64,000 nt of DNA from Phoronis australis (lineage: Eukaryota; Animalia; Phoronida), in contig NMRA01000073.1 of NCBI GenBank assembly GCA_002633005.1, forward strand, positions 706,150 through 770,149. The letters are read 5' to 3'. The stretch's first letter is position 1. Every line of letters begins with the position of its first letter. The notes under the pieces are model-generated. The model did no database searches. It was not told where the DNA came from and was given only the letters and a program-made list of their open reading frames with translations. Positions 42,101-57,100 of this stretch are shown in pieces. The position numbers and the translations under genes are program-made.

Positions 42101-45100
42101 CCATCACATTGAAGGTTTCAGAAATGATGCTGTACGTGGCCTTAAGACATCTCAAATTGATTTTTCTGCAGAATGTACTTCATGTCATGTGCTTCTTTAA
42201 CAGCAAATAAGCATGCGTGAGAATAAACAATGCAAACATTGGTTAGGGCGCGGTAGTTTTAATAAAAATTGCAAGGCAAAGAATGGCCAATAAAAATGGG
42301 TCAAAAACTGGGCTAGTGCAATGAAATGTGATTTTGTAGAAGACAATATCAGAAGTGTAATTAAAAGTGAACAGTGTCAAAAAGTGGGTGCCACAAATAG
42401 TACAGAATGGGCACAGCACAATTCTCTGTCATCGTTTCTCTTCTCTCCGTGTTTCAAAGACAAATTCCCCGTAAGACCCAACTTGAAGACAAGCATGCTG
42501 CCAAAAGCAAAACCACAATATAAGCCGTGTCTACTACCTTTATCTGTTTACCAGCCCTATTAAACAGGACAATTTGGCATTCAATGTTTTTAGGCGTTGA
42601 TTTGTTCAGGTTATTCGCCTTCTCTCCGTACGTCCCCGAGGTGAGCAGAAGATAGAGGTCATTACGAATGTCACCTTCAACACACACGATTTGATGTCAA
42701 AAAAGCAAGAGCAACATCTACAAAGACATGAGGTGGCAGGCTGCTTCATTTGTGTGCATCAGAGAACATTTGTCATATCCCGTGAACGGATAGAATCGAC
42801 CTGGTTTTTAAATGTCGTCTATCTGGAATCTCTAATCGGCCATTTTCAGTCTGAATATTGTCCAGCTAAGTTGTTAAACGCAGTACTTCAGAATTTTGTT
42901 TTCATGAAGTAAACTCTAACTTATTATTGAAGCAATATCAACAAAAATTTGATTGCTGTCCGAGGACTTGATGGGACTCAAAAACATGATACTGTCTAAT
43001 GCACATACAGAAAAGTCAGACATTCTCAGTATTCATTGGTCATACACTTCTGTGTAAGATATTTTGCAAATTACTTGTCTTGAACTCATCATACTATGCA
43101 CTGGGACTGAGACGTGTTTAAACTGATGCACACAAGAGCCCATATCCACACAAGTTTTACAACAACAAAGACAACCTGCTGATCAGCTTCACTGACATAA
43201 TCAGTAACTAATCATAAAAATTAAAATGTCAGCACAATTGATAAATATATGAAACAGAATAACAGGTTGTCTTCCTTTTCAACATAAACACACCTGTGTG
43301 ATGCCGAGATTTTTGGTTTCCAATTCTTTATACTAAGCAAGTGAAAGTTTGACAATAACCCCTAATTCATTATTTTCACTATAGGTGGCAGAGGGTAGGC
43401 TTGCTTCTGACATGGAAACCAAATATCTAGACAACACAATTCAGTGTCGTTGCTAGGCAATAGGAACCGACTTTTGGTTGCCAGGCAACAACACGACAAG
43501 CTCAACACTGATTTACCTCGCTGACATGGCCTTGACCATCGAGTACTAAGATTGTAACCTCCACATTTTTATTGGTAACATTTGTAGACACACCGCACTT
43601 TTCACTTAGTTCCCCACGATTGAGCAAGAGATATAGATCATTTCGCACGTCACCTTTGCGAGAAAAGGTCACATATTAAAACTGATATCCAGTGGAATTA
43701 CTCTATCTCTAGAAGAAAATTTCTTGGAAGTTTTGCGAAACCACAAAGCACTAGGTTTAGAACAGTAACACACAGGAGGTTAATATGGGATCTGATTTCA
43801 AAAAATAATTCTGTGCGACACATGACTTAGAATTAACAGCTAATATCAAAATCTTGCATAGGGGGAGATGTGAGTAGCTTTTCCATATGAGGGGCTTTCT
43901 GACAACTCAGGTGGGAACTATGCCATCTCATGTATCGTCTTAGGTACCCATTCTCCCCGTAGCCCAAGTATTGGGCTGGTTTCTATTGTATGAATGAGCC
44001 CCAAGCATTTTTCAATCAATGTTTTTTAATCACCAACTTAAAGGGAGTTTAACTGTTCCACCAATAGTTCATCAACAGCTGATACCAACTGCTTCTAATA
44101 TCATAACACTTTATTAGTACGAGGCATGAAACAGGAAAGAATTAAGCAAGGTAAGTTTTGAATATTAGAGAAAACAAAACCTATTGAATAGAAAATTCCA
44201 GTGAGGCATGATTCACATCAGAAGTAGAATGAGGAATCAAGAAGTGATCAACATTAATCAAGCTGGTTATTTTCGTGGCAAAAATCGTAGACCATAGTTC
44301 CACTTCCAAGTTTTCAGGCTGTTAAACTGGCAAAGCATAGTGGTAACTACATGAGGATGTCAGTGCTGCCACCTATGGTTGAAGATCAGGTGGTAACATT
44401 TAGGAACAGAAATGCTGTTGATGCCATGGCCGACTAGCTGTCTTAGCCATCTCTCATGGCCTCAGTAAAGATTAAAACTGGAAGATTCTCACGAAGGAAT
44501 TCTTTGTGAATCTTCACCAACAGAGAGCTCATCTAGTCATTCACATAGCTTTGACAAAGCACTAGACGAGCCTTCTATTGGAGAAGTTTCACATAGTCTT
44601 TTTTGAAATTTCTTGAGTTTTAGTCTTCACCAGTAGATGGCTCGCCTGGTCACTGTTGTGGCTTTGATACACCACCAGGTGAGCCCTCTATAGTGAAGAA
44701 GTGGAAAATTTCTGAGAGGGAAAATCAAGGCTTTCAAACTCTTCACAAAAGGGGGCGCACTCGGTGGTACATCAATTAACCAAAATCACCAATTAAATCC
44801 ACCATGGCATCAGAAAAAAGCACATGTGCCAAAAGGCACACCTCACTGCAAAGTAATCTTTAGTACTGAAGACCAATTAAAGGAAATACTGGTCAGGAGA
44901 ACTCTAAATACACTACAAAATGAGTAACTAAGTGAAAACCACGAGAGTGTGTAAGAAAAAGAGGTTACAGGTTTAGTACAAGGGATGGTTAAGTCAGAAA
45001 ATTCCTTAATTTTAGACACAAAAAGTATAAGGTGCATTTCATAACCTGATTAAAAACAAAACTGGACTTAGACCTTTTACTCTCATACAGCCGGTCTCGT

Positions 45101-48100
45101 TCCTTACCATGATAGGATTCCATTTTCATTACCAGTTCAAGTCAAAGGCAATGTGTACATGCACCAGTTTTGCATATTCACAATTTTAGGGTTGGGCTAC
45201 CTATAAATTGTGAGGCATTTTCTTGAGTGGCTGATGGCTTCAATGTTCATGTTGGGTGTGGAAATCACATAGTGCGGAATATTATGAAACCAATTTTATG
45301 AATCAAACTAAAAGGCCAACCTTGATTTTCATTTTTAGCCAGACAAAGGAGCAAAATACAACTTTGAGTATTTTTGTTGAATTTTGGAACATTTCAGAGA
45401 ATTGAGGATAATTTAAATAAATGGTGAATACAAACTGTTTCCAACAGGTAAGGAATCATTCAGGAATTTTGAAAATTAATAAACAAACTTTTTCTGAGCA
45501 GTTTCATTAACATTTATAAAATTAAGGAATTTTACTACTAAGCAGCAGAGCACAATTATTTGCAGTTTGAACACAAAAGTAACAGAAGCCAATGAAAAAA
45601 GAAACGATCATAAAACAAAATATCTAAATCAATTAGTTTCAAAACACAAATTTGTAGAAAGTCACATGCAAGTCACCAGTAAAATTGAAATATTAATAAG
45701 AAGAAAATTCATTTGACGGCACACAGTTGGTGACATAAGAATTGCAATTTGAAATTGAAATCAATGTAACACTAGTCTATGTAATCAATTTCAAAGTAAT
45801 TCTATGCAGAATCCTGTGTACCGTCAAATGACTGGTGGTCAGAACAGGTTTCACACAAGAGATTAATTCTATTTCAAGGTACCACCACCACAGCGTAACA
45901 TATATAACGCATTACACTGAGAGAAAATGCAACAGAATAACAATACAAAAGCTGAACTACACAGCCAATAAGAAAATAGACCCCTTGAAGCATAAATAAC
46001 CTGTGAACTTAAAAGTTACATGCTTCCACGTCAACACTTGGTGGATTTTGTGCGTCAAAACTAAATAATCCATAAAATATACGACTAATACACAAATCAC
46101 ACGATTGTGATACCAAATGTTGAAAGTAAACAAGATTTTGAAACTGAAATTTTAATTTAGACATTAACGAGATGCTTGTAAAGGCTGAAAATCCAATCTT
46201 GAAAAAAAGTTTTGAAAGTTACCCACAACGATCGGTGAATTATTGTTACATAATGAATGAATCAGCTCCTGATGAGTTCAGGACACAAGGAAATTTCAGG
46301 ACATTTACAAACACCAATTGATTTGCATAATAAGATGCGTATGATTTAACTGCAGTCTCATCGCTAAGCGACAGAACAGCAAGTGACAATTCCTGTTATC
46401 CAAAAATTCTGCCGCAACATCATAAACTTGGTGTCAGTGTGTTTGTTACTACGACAACGAGTAATTTGTGGGTTGGGTAAGATCTGAGAGCTTGTTATCT
46501 TACAAGACCAAATTCAATATTTACACATCATGCTGGCTGGTTGTTTTGAGCACCAAACATTATCTCAAACATAGGAAGGCTTTTGTATTTGAAGGGTAAA
46601 CAGGGACGTGCAGCCAACTCTAGGGGGAGGGGGGGCTGCACGTTTAGGTCTCAATCGGGTGGTTATTTTTAGTTGTTGTGCAATGAAAGACCATACACAT
46701 TATGTAGACGTATAGATGCCCAGGAGTGTTGCTCAAGTGAGAATGGCCTGCTAGTTCTTTTCAAGATGCAATATCTCTTATATTTTGCGATTTTGAGAAA
46801 GGAGAGGTTGGGGTTAGTTTTGTGAGAGGTCTAAGATATCTTTGTTTTTGACAGTGGCTGGGTTTACTTTTTACATCAGTGTTAAAACAGGTAATAAACA
46901 AGTGATTTATAAAGCATAGTTAACAATTTTTAAACAATTTTCAAAATGTCCTTCATTACATAGACACTGGCTACAAAGTAACATTCAACTGGCTTTTGAA
47001 AACATCATTTATATTTTTCGCAACTTGTTGCCAAGTGGCACTTTAACAGTTAAGTCAAGTGTCACATTTCGTGCCACTTCTTTCAAAATCTGAGCCACTT
47101 TAACAATGCACAATATTAATAATTTGACAACTTATAAGTATAGCAGTTGTTGTCAGTTACGGAAACATAAGAGTGCATTCAATTTGATATTTCACAAAAA
47201 AAATTATTTGCAATCAACTTTTTGACTACTGAATTATGGCAGATAAGTAATCACTTTTCTCATAGTTCCTAAAATGGACATGTCACCAATGACCTGCTTT
47301 ATGAAAAGTGACCTAATATTCAACAAATGTCGATTGCAAAATTTCTAAAAAAACTTGTTACCATGTAATTGTCACCACATCTCAGTTTAGTTTGATGAAA
47401 ATTTTAACTAGCAATAATTTCTTTATCTTCAGACACCTTATACTTTTACTGGCGAGAAGTGAGATAAGATTATCTTTCAGAAATAGTTGCGTGCGGTGTA
47501 AGACAAAATTTCTGACTTAAAATTTCAAATGAAATGCAGCCCAAACTTCAAAGAAACGTAAATGAGACAGAGAACCATGCGCTTAATGTCTGCTGGCGAT
47601 TCCCTACCTCAACCATGCAATAGGGCTTAAACACAGTGTGGTACCTACCTGGTAGAATAATATCAGAGAAGCCTTGCTTGAGAGCAATTGGGACATTTCT
47701 CAGCAACAGAGGATTTGCTCGTTTGACTTGCTGAAGTTCGCCGTGCAGCACCAGTACAGAAATGAGCATGTCTGAAGCAGACGACGGATGTGACGATAAA
47801 AAAAATGTTAAATGAAACAAAATATGGTGCACCTATTAGCAGAACACACAGTTACCTAAAGCTGCGCTACTAAAGGACAACTAATAATAGGACTGACATG
47901 ATTACGACAACAGGGCAGACAAGGATTTTATTTTAAAGTCAATGTACCATTAGCATACTTTGCATTGTACAGCTATCATTATAACTAGCTGGAGACGACA
48001 TTGGTGGTGCTCGTCACTTTTAGAAAAGGGATGTGACATTGGGCAGTGCAACTATTTTAAGATTAGTACTATCAAAAGACACGTGCTTGAATTAGGTCAA

Positions 48101-51100
48101 AAAAGTAAAAGCATCTGCCTAGTTTTCATTTAAATCTTTAATTTTTAAAAGAAATGATCTACCCAAAATACCAACATATTCAGAAATACTCACTAGAGGC
48201 CACTACTGATGCCTTGCTGCTCTGCTTTTTAATAAGGTTCTCATGGAGCACTGAGAATTCTTTCTCTGCTTTTTCGTCAATGCTGGAATTTGTAGCAGAA
48301 GATTCAACCTTCCAAATGAGAATTATTTGGTAAATCTAGCTACTGACAACGGATACAACTTTAACAAAGCGATAAAGTTTGCTAAATTAAGGAAAATGTG
48401 GAATCTCCAGCTAATCCGGTGTCTTATTCAATACTTATAAGCTTATAAGCTTGCCATGAGTGGAACTTAGAAGGTTCACCGAGTCAGAAAAGAAATAAAC
48501 ACTGTCTAGTTTTGAGAATTATCGTAATTCGTTTGGTAAAAACATTATGTGACGCAAATTTAATAAACAATATGTAGTTCTCTGTTAGTACGCGTACACA
48601 GATTGAAGTGGTTGCCCCTCAGAGAATTTTCATGATAAAAAGTCCAAAGCTTTTTAACATGAGCATTGCCCCAGAAAATGCTTTTTCATTAAATCCATGC
48701 TGTCATTCATTCCCCTGCATACGTTCACTAGTAAAATCGAGCTCAGAGGAGCAGAAGACACATTTGTGCAATGCCCGATTGTCTGCCAGTAAACGCAGGA
48801 TTCAAACCTGGATCTCCCAAACAGGAGTCCGGAGCTCAAACCAATGAGCCACACTGTCTTCAAAGTTAAGCACTCACCTAGTAATCCTCATGGTGAAGTC
48901 TTTCTCGGAGTCTGAATCCCCGAAGCTGATGAGCGTCAGGTCACGCAGACCTTGCACAGCGCAGCCCCAAGGACGCCGGTAAGAGGATGCGTGTGCCCGT
49001 TTTGTCGACTCACTGGGCAACATACGACCTATAGGGGGATATCATGGTAGTTCTTCACATACTTCCCACAAAAATACTTGAAAAAAGTCATATATTTTTT
49101 AGAAGGCAGGTTACCTTGCTCCAAATTATGTAAACTCAACCAAATGTTGTCTTTAAGTATTATCTACACAGTGCAAAACAGCCTAATAAATGGAATTAAA
49201 AATTCCCTTGACCTGTGTTGTGCTGAAAAATTTGAAAAAACAAAATTCCACTTGTCCCGACAATTCTTTACCCATCTAGTTCCAGCACACTCGATTGCAA
49301 AATATGAGTGCGACTAAAATATTTTATTTGGTATTTGAAATAAGAATTATTTTTCACATATTAGTTCACAAGTTATATTTGGACAGACTGAGAGGAAACG
49401 AACAAAATTTCATGAATTGTAAAGAGCGACACATATACAGCATCAGCACCTGAATTTGTTCATCAAAACCATTCGGTTCATTTTGAGACGCTATTGATTG
49501 CGTAGAGCTAACAAATTTAATCTTAAAACACGTTATCAAGTGTTGTAGATTGTAGTAAGTACTGAAATTCCTGCACTTTGCAACAAGGAAGTATACGGCA
49601 ATAGACAATGGCTCTTTATTATCACAAGATCAAATCAGCCATTGTTCGATACCTGGACAGAATCAGCAGAAGTACTATAATAATCTTTACTGCTGTTCAC
49701 TACAGAGGCAGACGTAGATTAGTGTAACCATAAAATCATACCTCGCATGAAGCTAAACCGATACGAAAAAATTCAAAAACAAGGCTAGAAATCATTCAGT
49801 AAAATCTAATCAGGGATTAAAAATCAAATTTCGCAACACAAATCAGTCTAATCCCTGCAAGCAGGAAGCATGAGATAACAGAATACCAATCCTGTAAATG
49901 TGAGCCACCAGATAAAGATCCCGCGACAAATCCGAGTTGCCAAGATCCTGAAATGAAGAGAACTAATCAGAGAAAGCATTTTCTGAAGTTAGGAAGTTGA
50001 TTGATAATCAGTTGAATACAAAACAAAGATATAACGTGATGTGGCCAACGAGTGGTGAGCAGACTAGACTAACAATATTTGCAATAGCAACGTGTTATAA
50101 CTTAACCATGTATTACAAGGACACAAGGAATGCTTAATATTACGAAAGTCATGCGTAGTATTACGCATTCCTTATGCATAATATTACGCACGCAAATTTC
50201 AATGGCTAATTAACGGAAGATTAAATGAGGTTTTTCAAAAGTAGAACATGAAATGCATTAAGGGGTCATGATCGATTACAAACCAAATTGGAAGGCAAAA
50301 TGTTGATATTCATCTGAAATGTAATATTACATTTCAGCTTGGGACAAAATGGAAAAGTCCCTTAAGTTTTTAAATGGGAAACGCTTATATGAAGATTAAA
50401 TATCATCTAACCACTCGTATGTTATCAATATAATTTTACAAAGTGACGATGAATTGTGGTGGCTAGTGAAGCACAAGACATTCACGAGACACTCGTGGTG
50501 AGAGATCCAAGTACCGAGAACTCACGCCAGTTTTTTCCCATAATTCAACATTACTGGCTCCCCAACTTATTATTTTAGTGGCACCCAACTTGGCGATTTA
50601 TTATCTTTTTTAATAATTCATTTCTCAAAATAATAACAACTACATCAAAGAAAATACTAGATTATCAAAAATGGCTTGTTAGTTTAGAATCCTAAAGTCT
50701 CCAGGTTACTCGCAAAACACTTGATGTGTGATTTTGCATGATCCTGCTCTACGTAATGCGTATCAGTATTCATACGCTGGACAGGTGATTTTCATCTCAG
50801 TCTGACTCACTACATGGTAGTTACATGCATGAAACGCACACATAGTACTTACTGTGTATAAGACATTCAGTGCATTCTTTAGTGGGTTGGCTGGGAGATC
50901 ACCTTTTGGAAGTTTGAAGACTACTCGTTCACTGCAAAAAATGTAACTAAAGGTAAAACCAAATAAAAGACAGCATCACGAAAACCATGGATTTTGTGGT
51001 TAGTTACCACAGCAGCTGGGTGATATGTTAATTTAAAGGGTAACTGTCGAAGCCATGGAATCAAAAACAAATATTTTACGAGTCAAAGTAACACATTTTG

Positions 51101-54100
51101 ATGCCAAAAACATAATATAAGACCTACAGGAGAAGCTCATCAATACAAAAACAATAGGACAAAAGCAGTGAGTCTGACATCCTCAACAGTATGTTGCCAA
51201 CTGCAAGTCTGTTCACTGAGTATTTAGTCCGTTTCTGGTGACTAAGGCAGTAAATGAATCTGAGTGAAACGTGCGAGGTAGAATATAGCACATGATTTTA
51301 TTAGACAAGACAATTACAGTCCTACATAATTCAACTGTTTAGCACAGACTAACATTTTAAATTACGAATTAATTTGCTGAAATTACAACATTGAAATTGA
51401 AATTTAAGATAACTACACATTTAAAGTTTATTTATCACATCAGACACAATAGCAGTTAGCTACATCTTATCAGACACAAATAGATTTTGTATTCATCACT
51501 GATCTCATGTGACCACTGTGAAGAGCTGCTTTTACAACACTTCATATCAGATGATACACAAAAGCTAGAGAACTTATTCTATTACGTATTTCAAAATCTC
51601 ACTAGGTCTGTGGGTATATCATACACGCTAAACTACATAAACTGGATGATTATTACAGTCAGTGTCTCAACTGCTACTAAATTAGATTAAACAGGCTTAC
51701 AATATTAACAATTAGTGTAAACTGTGTTACTTTATGTCGACCTAGTTTTTTTTCTACTTTTAAGAATTAGCTTTTACCATTTAGAGTGCAATGTGGTGGG
51801 TTAATATGTCCATTGAGCCTGAAATACGCAAGTCACTTAAGAGGTGCTACTACATGTCATACTTTGTCAGGAATTTGGATGCACCTGTTAGGAGGCCTGT
51901 CCTTAGACAAAAAATGAACCCTCCCCTGCATACTGTTCAAAGACTTAAAGGCACCAACGATGCAACGAAGATAGAATGATTCTAGCCAAAACCATGAAAA
52001 CCACGTGACTGTTGAAAAGATAAGCACTCTTAATCAAGTGTTCTAAATGCAATTTGTGAACAACAGAAATAAACGAGTACTAAATAAATTGATAATGCAC
52101 TTTTTCAAATTGAATACATTACGTAGTGAGCGAAAAGGGAAATTCTCGATACGAAAAGTGAAATTAGCAGTAGTGTGGAATAGAGCGGACTAGCTCTTCA
52201 GTAGCTGCTGAATGCTGTACCACTGGGCCAAATCCCACGTACTAAATACTGAAGTATTTTAAGCGCAGACAACAGCCTTGAATTCAGCAGACAACAATTT
52301 GGCAAACAATAGAATTGGAGATTTGTAACAAAACCACAACACATTTCTTTATTTAATAGCTCTGTTCAAAGCTGAAACTTCAAGAAGTCTATCCTAACGA
52401 TCATCAAAAATGTTTATTTCGGCCGTAAAAATGATAATGGGCTTTAGTTAAACTGAATTTATTGACATGTTTCATCTACGGAGCAATGGAGTAATCTCCC
52501 TTGTTGTTTCAACCCATCTAACTGTTTTCCTCCAGACCTACAGAATATTACATAATGTAATGGGAAAATGGCTTCCAAAATTAATTCATGAAGTGCTGCG
52601 TACAAGTTACAAGAACAAACTGCAATGGCATGACCAGGAACAATGGGAAATTACTGGTAATCTAGCATGCTGAAACCCCCATTCTTTTGATTAGGGTCAC
52701 TACGAACCATTTTCATTGAAAGAACAATTAGCCGTCATCACAGGGAAAAAGTATTTTGCCCGACTCCCTCTGGTGGTACACTGTGAATCAAAACCATAGA
52801 GATACAACGCGAGATAGTACTGTGACAATATGAATGCCAAGTATTGCACAATCTATGCCCACCTGATAAGAATAGTCCGTCTGGTATTTACTTTATACTC
52901 AATGGTTACCTGATAAACTTCCCTTCCTTGTTGTCAAACAGCGAGAAGAAAACTTCCATGTCTTCTCCGCAACTTACACCAAAACTTTTTAACGACAAAT
53001 AGAGATGATGTGTGAGTATTCGCTTAGACATCGGCTTTAAACTGACTGAACCCTGAAATGAGAAACAAAGCAAAATATTAGTTCTCAACTAAAATGTTTC
53101 ATTTTATTAAAGGAACTTTAGACCAATATTCAAGCATTTTCCAACAAAACCCCACAAGAAATCTTATAATTACGCTCTACTAAATTGTTTTTAAAAATTG
53201 ACGTCAATATTCTTGTGTTACATCACCAAAATTTTCGAGAAAAAAAACAATAACTTTCTAACGGCTTTCCCTTCTTTTGATTTGCTTCGTGGCTTTCACC
53301 TTAAAATTCTTTCATTGATGAATTTAAACAGACTTTATTACCAAAAAAAAACTTACGTATAGTAAAACCTAAAATATTCACCCAGAAACCAAAAATCAGC
53401 AGCAGTCTAATTAATGGTTGTAATGATGACAACAACAACAATGCAACAAAACTATTCACACATAATAAGTTTACTGAAACACGTAATAAAATAAAATCAA
53501 TATGCCAAAATTACAGTAATTACAACATTCAACATACAATAACAAAGAGTGATACTGTAATTGTTAATATCAAAGATCTGTGGCCGGCTGCATGAAACAT
53601 TTCTCAAATAGAGACTCGACTATTACTTCCTGGTACCTTTATGTCGAAAGGACGTTTCACATTACGGATTTAGTATCATAGTGGACTAACAACCTTTCTC
53701 AACCACAAGCATTTTTGACACAATGCAAAAGGTGATTTATGCCACTCTAAACTTGTTAACAGTATTAAAAGTTACTACGATCGAAAAGACTGGACTAGCG
53801 AGCGTACTAAAGTCGGTCCGATTACATATTAAGTGTAATGCAAAAGGTTTGGTCCGGACTATTTTGTTCGACTGTCCTAGCTTTTCTCCCCCGCTTCACG
53901 CCAGTGCAGAGGTCTTCCTGCCATGGTATAGCCAGGATAATAATATTGGCCGTTGAAAAGCCAGAGAGTTGTCACATGACTTGCGAGGCACGTAGTTGAC
54001 TGGGTGTAGGTCAGGAAGGGGGGTTTCACCCTCCCGCCTAGGAAACTTTTTTGTCCTTGCAAGGTAGCATTTTCCTTAATGTCTGCAGGATAAATTTGCT

Positions 54101-57100
54101 AATTTTGCTTGTTAGTATATTTTGCTGAATATAACACCCAAACTTCACGCCTTAACTACGTTTCCGATATTTCTTCAATACACGCTGTGCGCAAGTGGAT
54201 TGAGGCAGTAGCCAACAAAAAAGCAGACACACACACACTAGTCACATGGTCCAATAGTAACATAGAGGCACTGCAAAGCGTTACAATTCCGACGTTTTCT
54301 TTGACTAACTGCTTAAATTGCAGGAATGATCACCAACATGTAATCACAACCAAATGTATGAATGAACAAGGGTGATAGTTGCTGCCATTACTAACCGACT
54401 TTAGGACACGGCCCCCACTTGGACTGGGTTACCTAGTATGTAATACATGTTCATGACATGTGTATAACTGTGTTTGGTAATAGTCACTTATAGGGGTCCC
54501 CACATTTTGAGAACCAGTTTTCTGCACTGAATAACAGATATCAAACTTGTGGCTCTCAAAATCCGTGACCCATCATGATAGTAACTATTACAAACCTTTA
54601 ATTTCATTTGCTGCCATCACTGACTGTAAGTTATATGGCTGAGCAACTGTTTCATTGCTTATAATACTGCTGACAAAACTAAATATAATTATTCTAACAA
54701 TTTTCAGCCTAAAATATGGCAACTTTGCATTACCTTTAGATTTAGTCAAAAAGCCACTGACAGTAAACGAATTGTGAAAATTAGTGTCGGCAAAAAAGCT
54801 ACTCAACAGCAAACTTCTGCAAAATCCCAAAGAATTTCGCTACATTAATCAATCATGGTAGTGTTTGCTTTTAAAAGTTCATCTTTTATTTTGGGATAAA
54901 TCAGTCTGCTGATTTCAAAGTACAGCCAAAATCCCAAAAACGCCTGATGTCCAGTACAACAACCATCATTATAACATCAAGGTCTGAACAGCTGGTTGTT
55001 GGTAGCACCTACATTGAATGTCATTTTTGATGACGAAGTCACTCGAGGTCGTTACGCATTCAAACATCTTTACTGAACTAATAATTAAAATAACTCCCTG
55101 AATATTCTTGAGGTCATGATGAAGTGACATCAAGTCTAAAAGCTCTTGGTCTATCTACCCCAACTTCAAGCCTATGGCATGACATTTCGTTAGGTCATTA
55201 CTCCAGTCATCTTCAGATATCATTAGCATTCGCAGAACAAGCACAGGTATCTGGTACACTCTTGAGGGTCAATGATGACCACTCTAAATTCCAAAAAGTG
55301 CTCATCACCATCAGTGTACAAGATACCCATGCTGGACCGTCAAAGAATACTGCAACATCTAAAGATGGCTGAAGAAATGACTGAGTGACTGAAACGTGGT
55401 GCCAACGTAAATATGCTAGAGAATGCAGTAAACAGGCCAATAAATTTCAGAAATGATGAATTAATAAAGGTTACATATCAGCTGAAGCCAGAAGGATGGA
55501 GAAGTAGAGGAAGTGATGTCTGACTTACCTGTCTCCTCGTGCTCTAAAATCACAAGCGTAGTTACATACAACATGCAGCAGTCAGCAAGTGACAAACACA
55601 AGGAAACTACTAGCCAAGGGGAAAATCGCAAAAATTCCAGACAAAAATGATTGCCAAAATTGCTCCTTTTTCATTTTCCAAGGGCTTCTAACAATGTTAA
55701 GAATGTCCACAATTTTTCAAAATATTTTCTACTGGTAGCTATGGCAACAGAACTTGAACATGGTGAAAACACGAATTTAGAGCTACATAATAACTTCTAT
55801 GGACAAAAATGAGAAAATAAATAAATGTCCTAAATTGATGAGGATTTACAATATCCAGAGCTCGATATAATGAGCTACACGTCACACATGCGACTTGAAA
55901 TTCTGATATGCGATCTGAGATTTTGGTCAAATTGCATTAATCTCATGTTTGCCACTCGGGCATTCCAACTAATGTATGCCAAACTGCATTACCCAAAAAT
56001 GTCCCGCTTTTTTCAAACCGTGTTCAAGGCAATTATGGAACTTTAAATGTTGTAATAACATAAACCCTATGCAAACCATGCCAGAAAAGAACATGTTCTT
56101 CTTTTTTAGTTTTGTGACAAGTTAGACGAAATAAATTTCACTTGTCTGCGACGTCATTAATATCAAGTCCTAAATAGGAGAACAGCTATTGCCATGCAAG
56201 TAATAGAGCGTACACTTTATCACTCTTGCTAGTTGAGAAATTTGAGAAATCAATGAAAATAAAACTCTGCTGCAAAGGGAAAGAATTTTTACACTACAAG
56301 ACTAAACACACAGTCTGAAAAATATTAGTTTTAGCTTAAAAGTCACACGTGTTAAATCAAGCAGAGAATTGCTAATTAAGTAAACCAGGTAGATTTAACT
56401 AGCTAAGGACCAAGCCAAAAACACGGCCATTTTGAAGATTACCTACCCCACTTTCAGACTGTTTCGTACTAGCGACGTGAAGACCATACAATTCAACAGG
56501 GCTTATTTTATCCGGGTCAACTATTGTTCCATCTATTCGAGGGACCAGGTCCAATCCAAGTCGCCTACAAAAGGCAACATCAAGTCGTTTTATCATCTCA
56601 GCATCGCATAATGTTGGTTATACTCCACAGAAGATGTAACATTCCAAAAACTGATAAATACAACTTCTATTAATTTCAAGTTACTTAATCCTATACATTG
56701 AACTGTCTAGTAACTACTAGTAACTACTAGTAACTACTAGTAACTACTAGTAAATGCCAACAATAACCAAACAAAAAGACTCAAAAACTCCCATCATGAA
56801 CTAGCGAAATTAACAGAGACTGAGCTGTTGTGATGTTGATTCATGACACGTTGATTCGTGACACGCTGATTCGTGACACGCTGATTCGTGACACGCTGAT
56901 TCGTGACACGCTGATTCGTGACACGTTGATTCGTGACACGCTGATTCGTGACACGTTGATTCGTGACACGTTGATTCGTGACAAGTTAATTGACCTGGTC
57001 ATTACCATCATGACTTAAAACAGAATTTTGTCCAATCAATTTTAGCAAATACTACACCAAAAAAATTGAATTACTATGCAATGAAGAATTCCCTTGTATA

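Noticed and set aside
56830-57018. DTLIR-repeat ORF
   Set aside because: Translation of a 15-bp tandem repeat; no splice or coding context.
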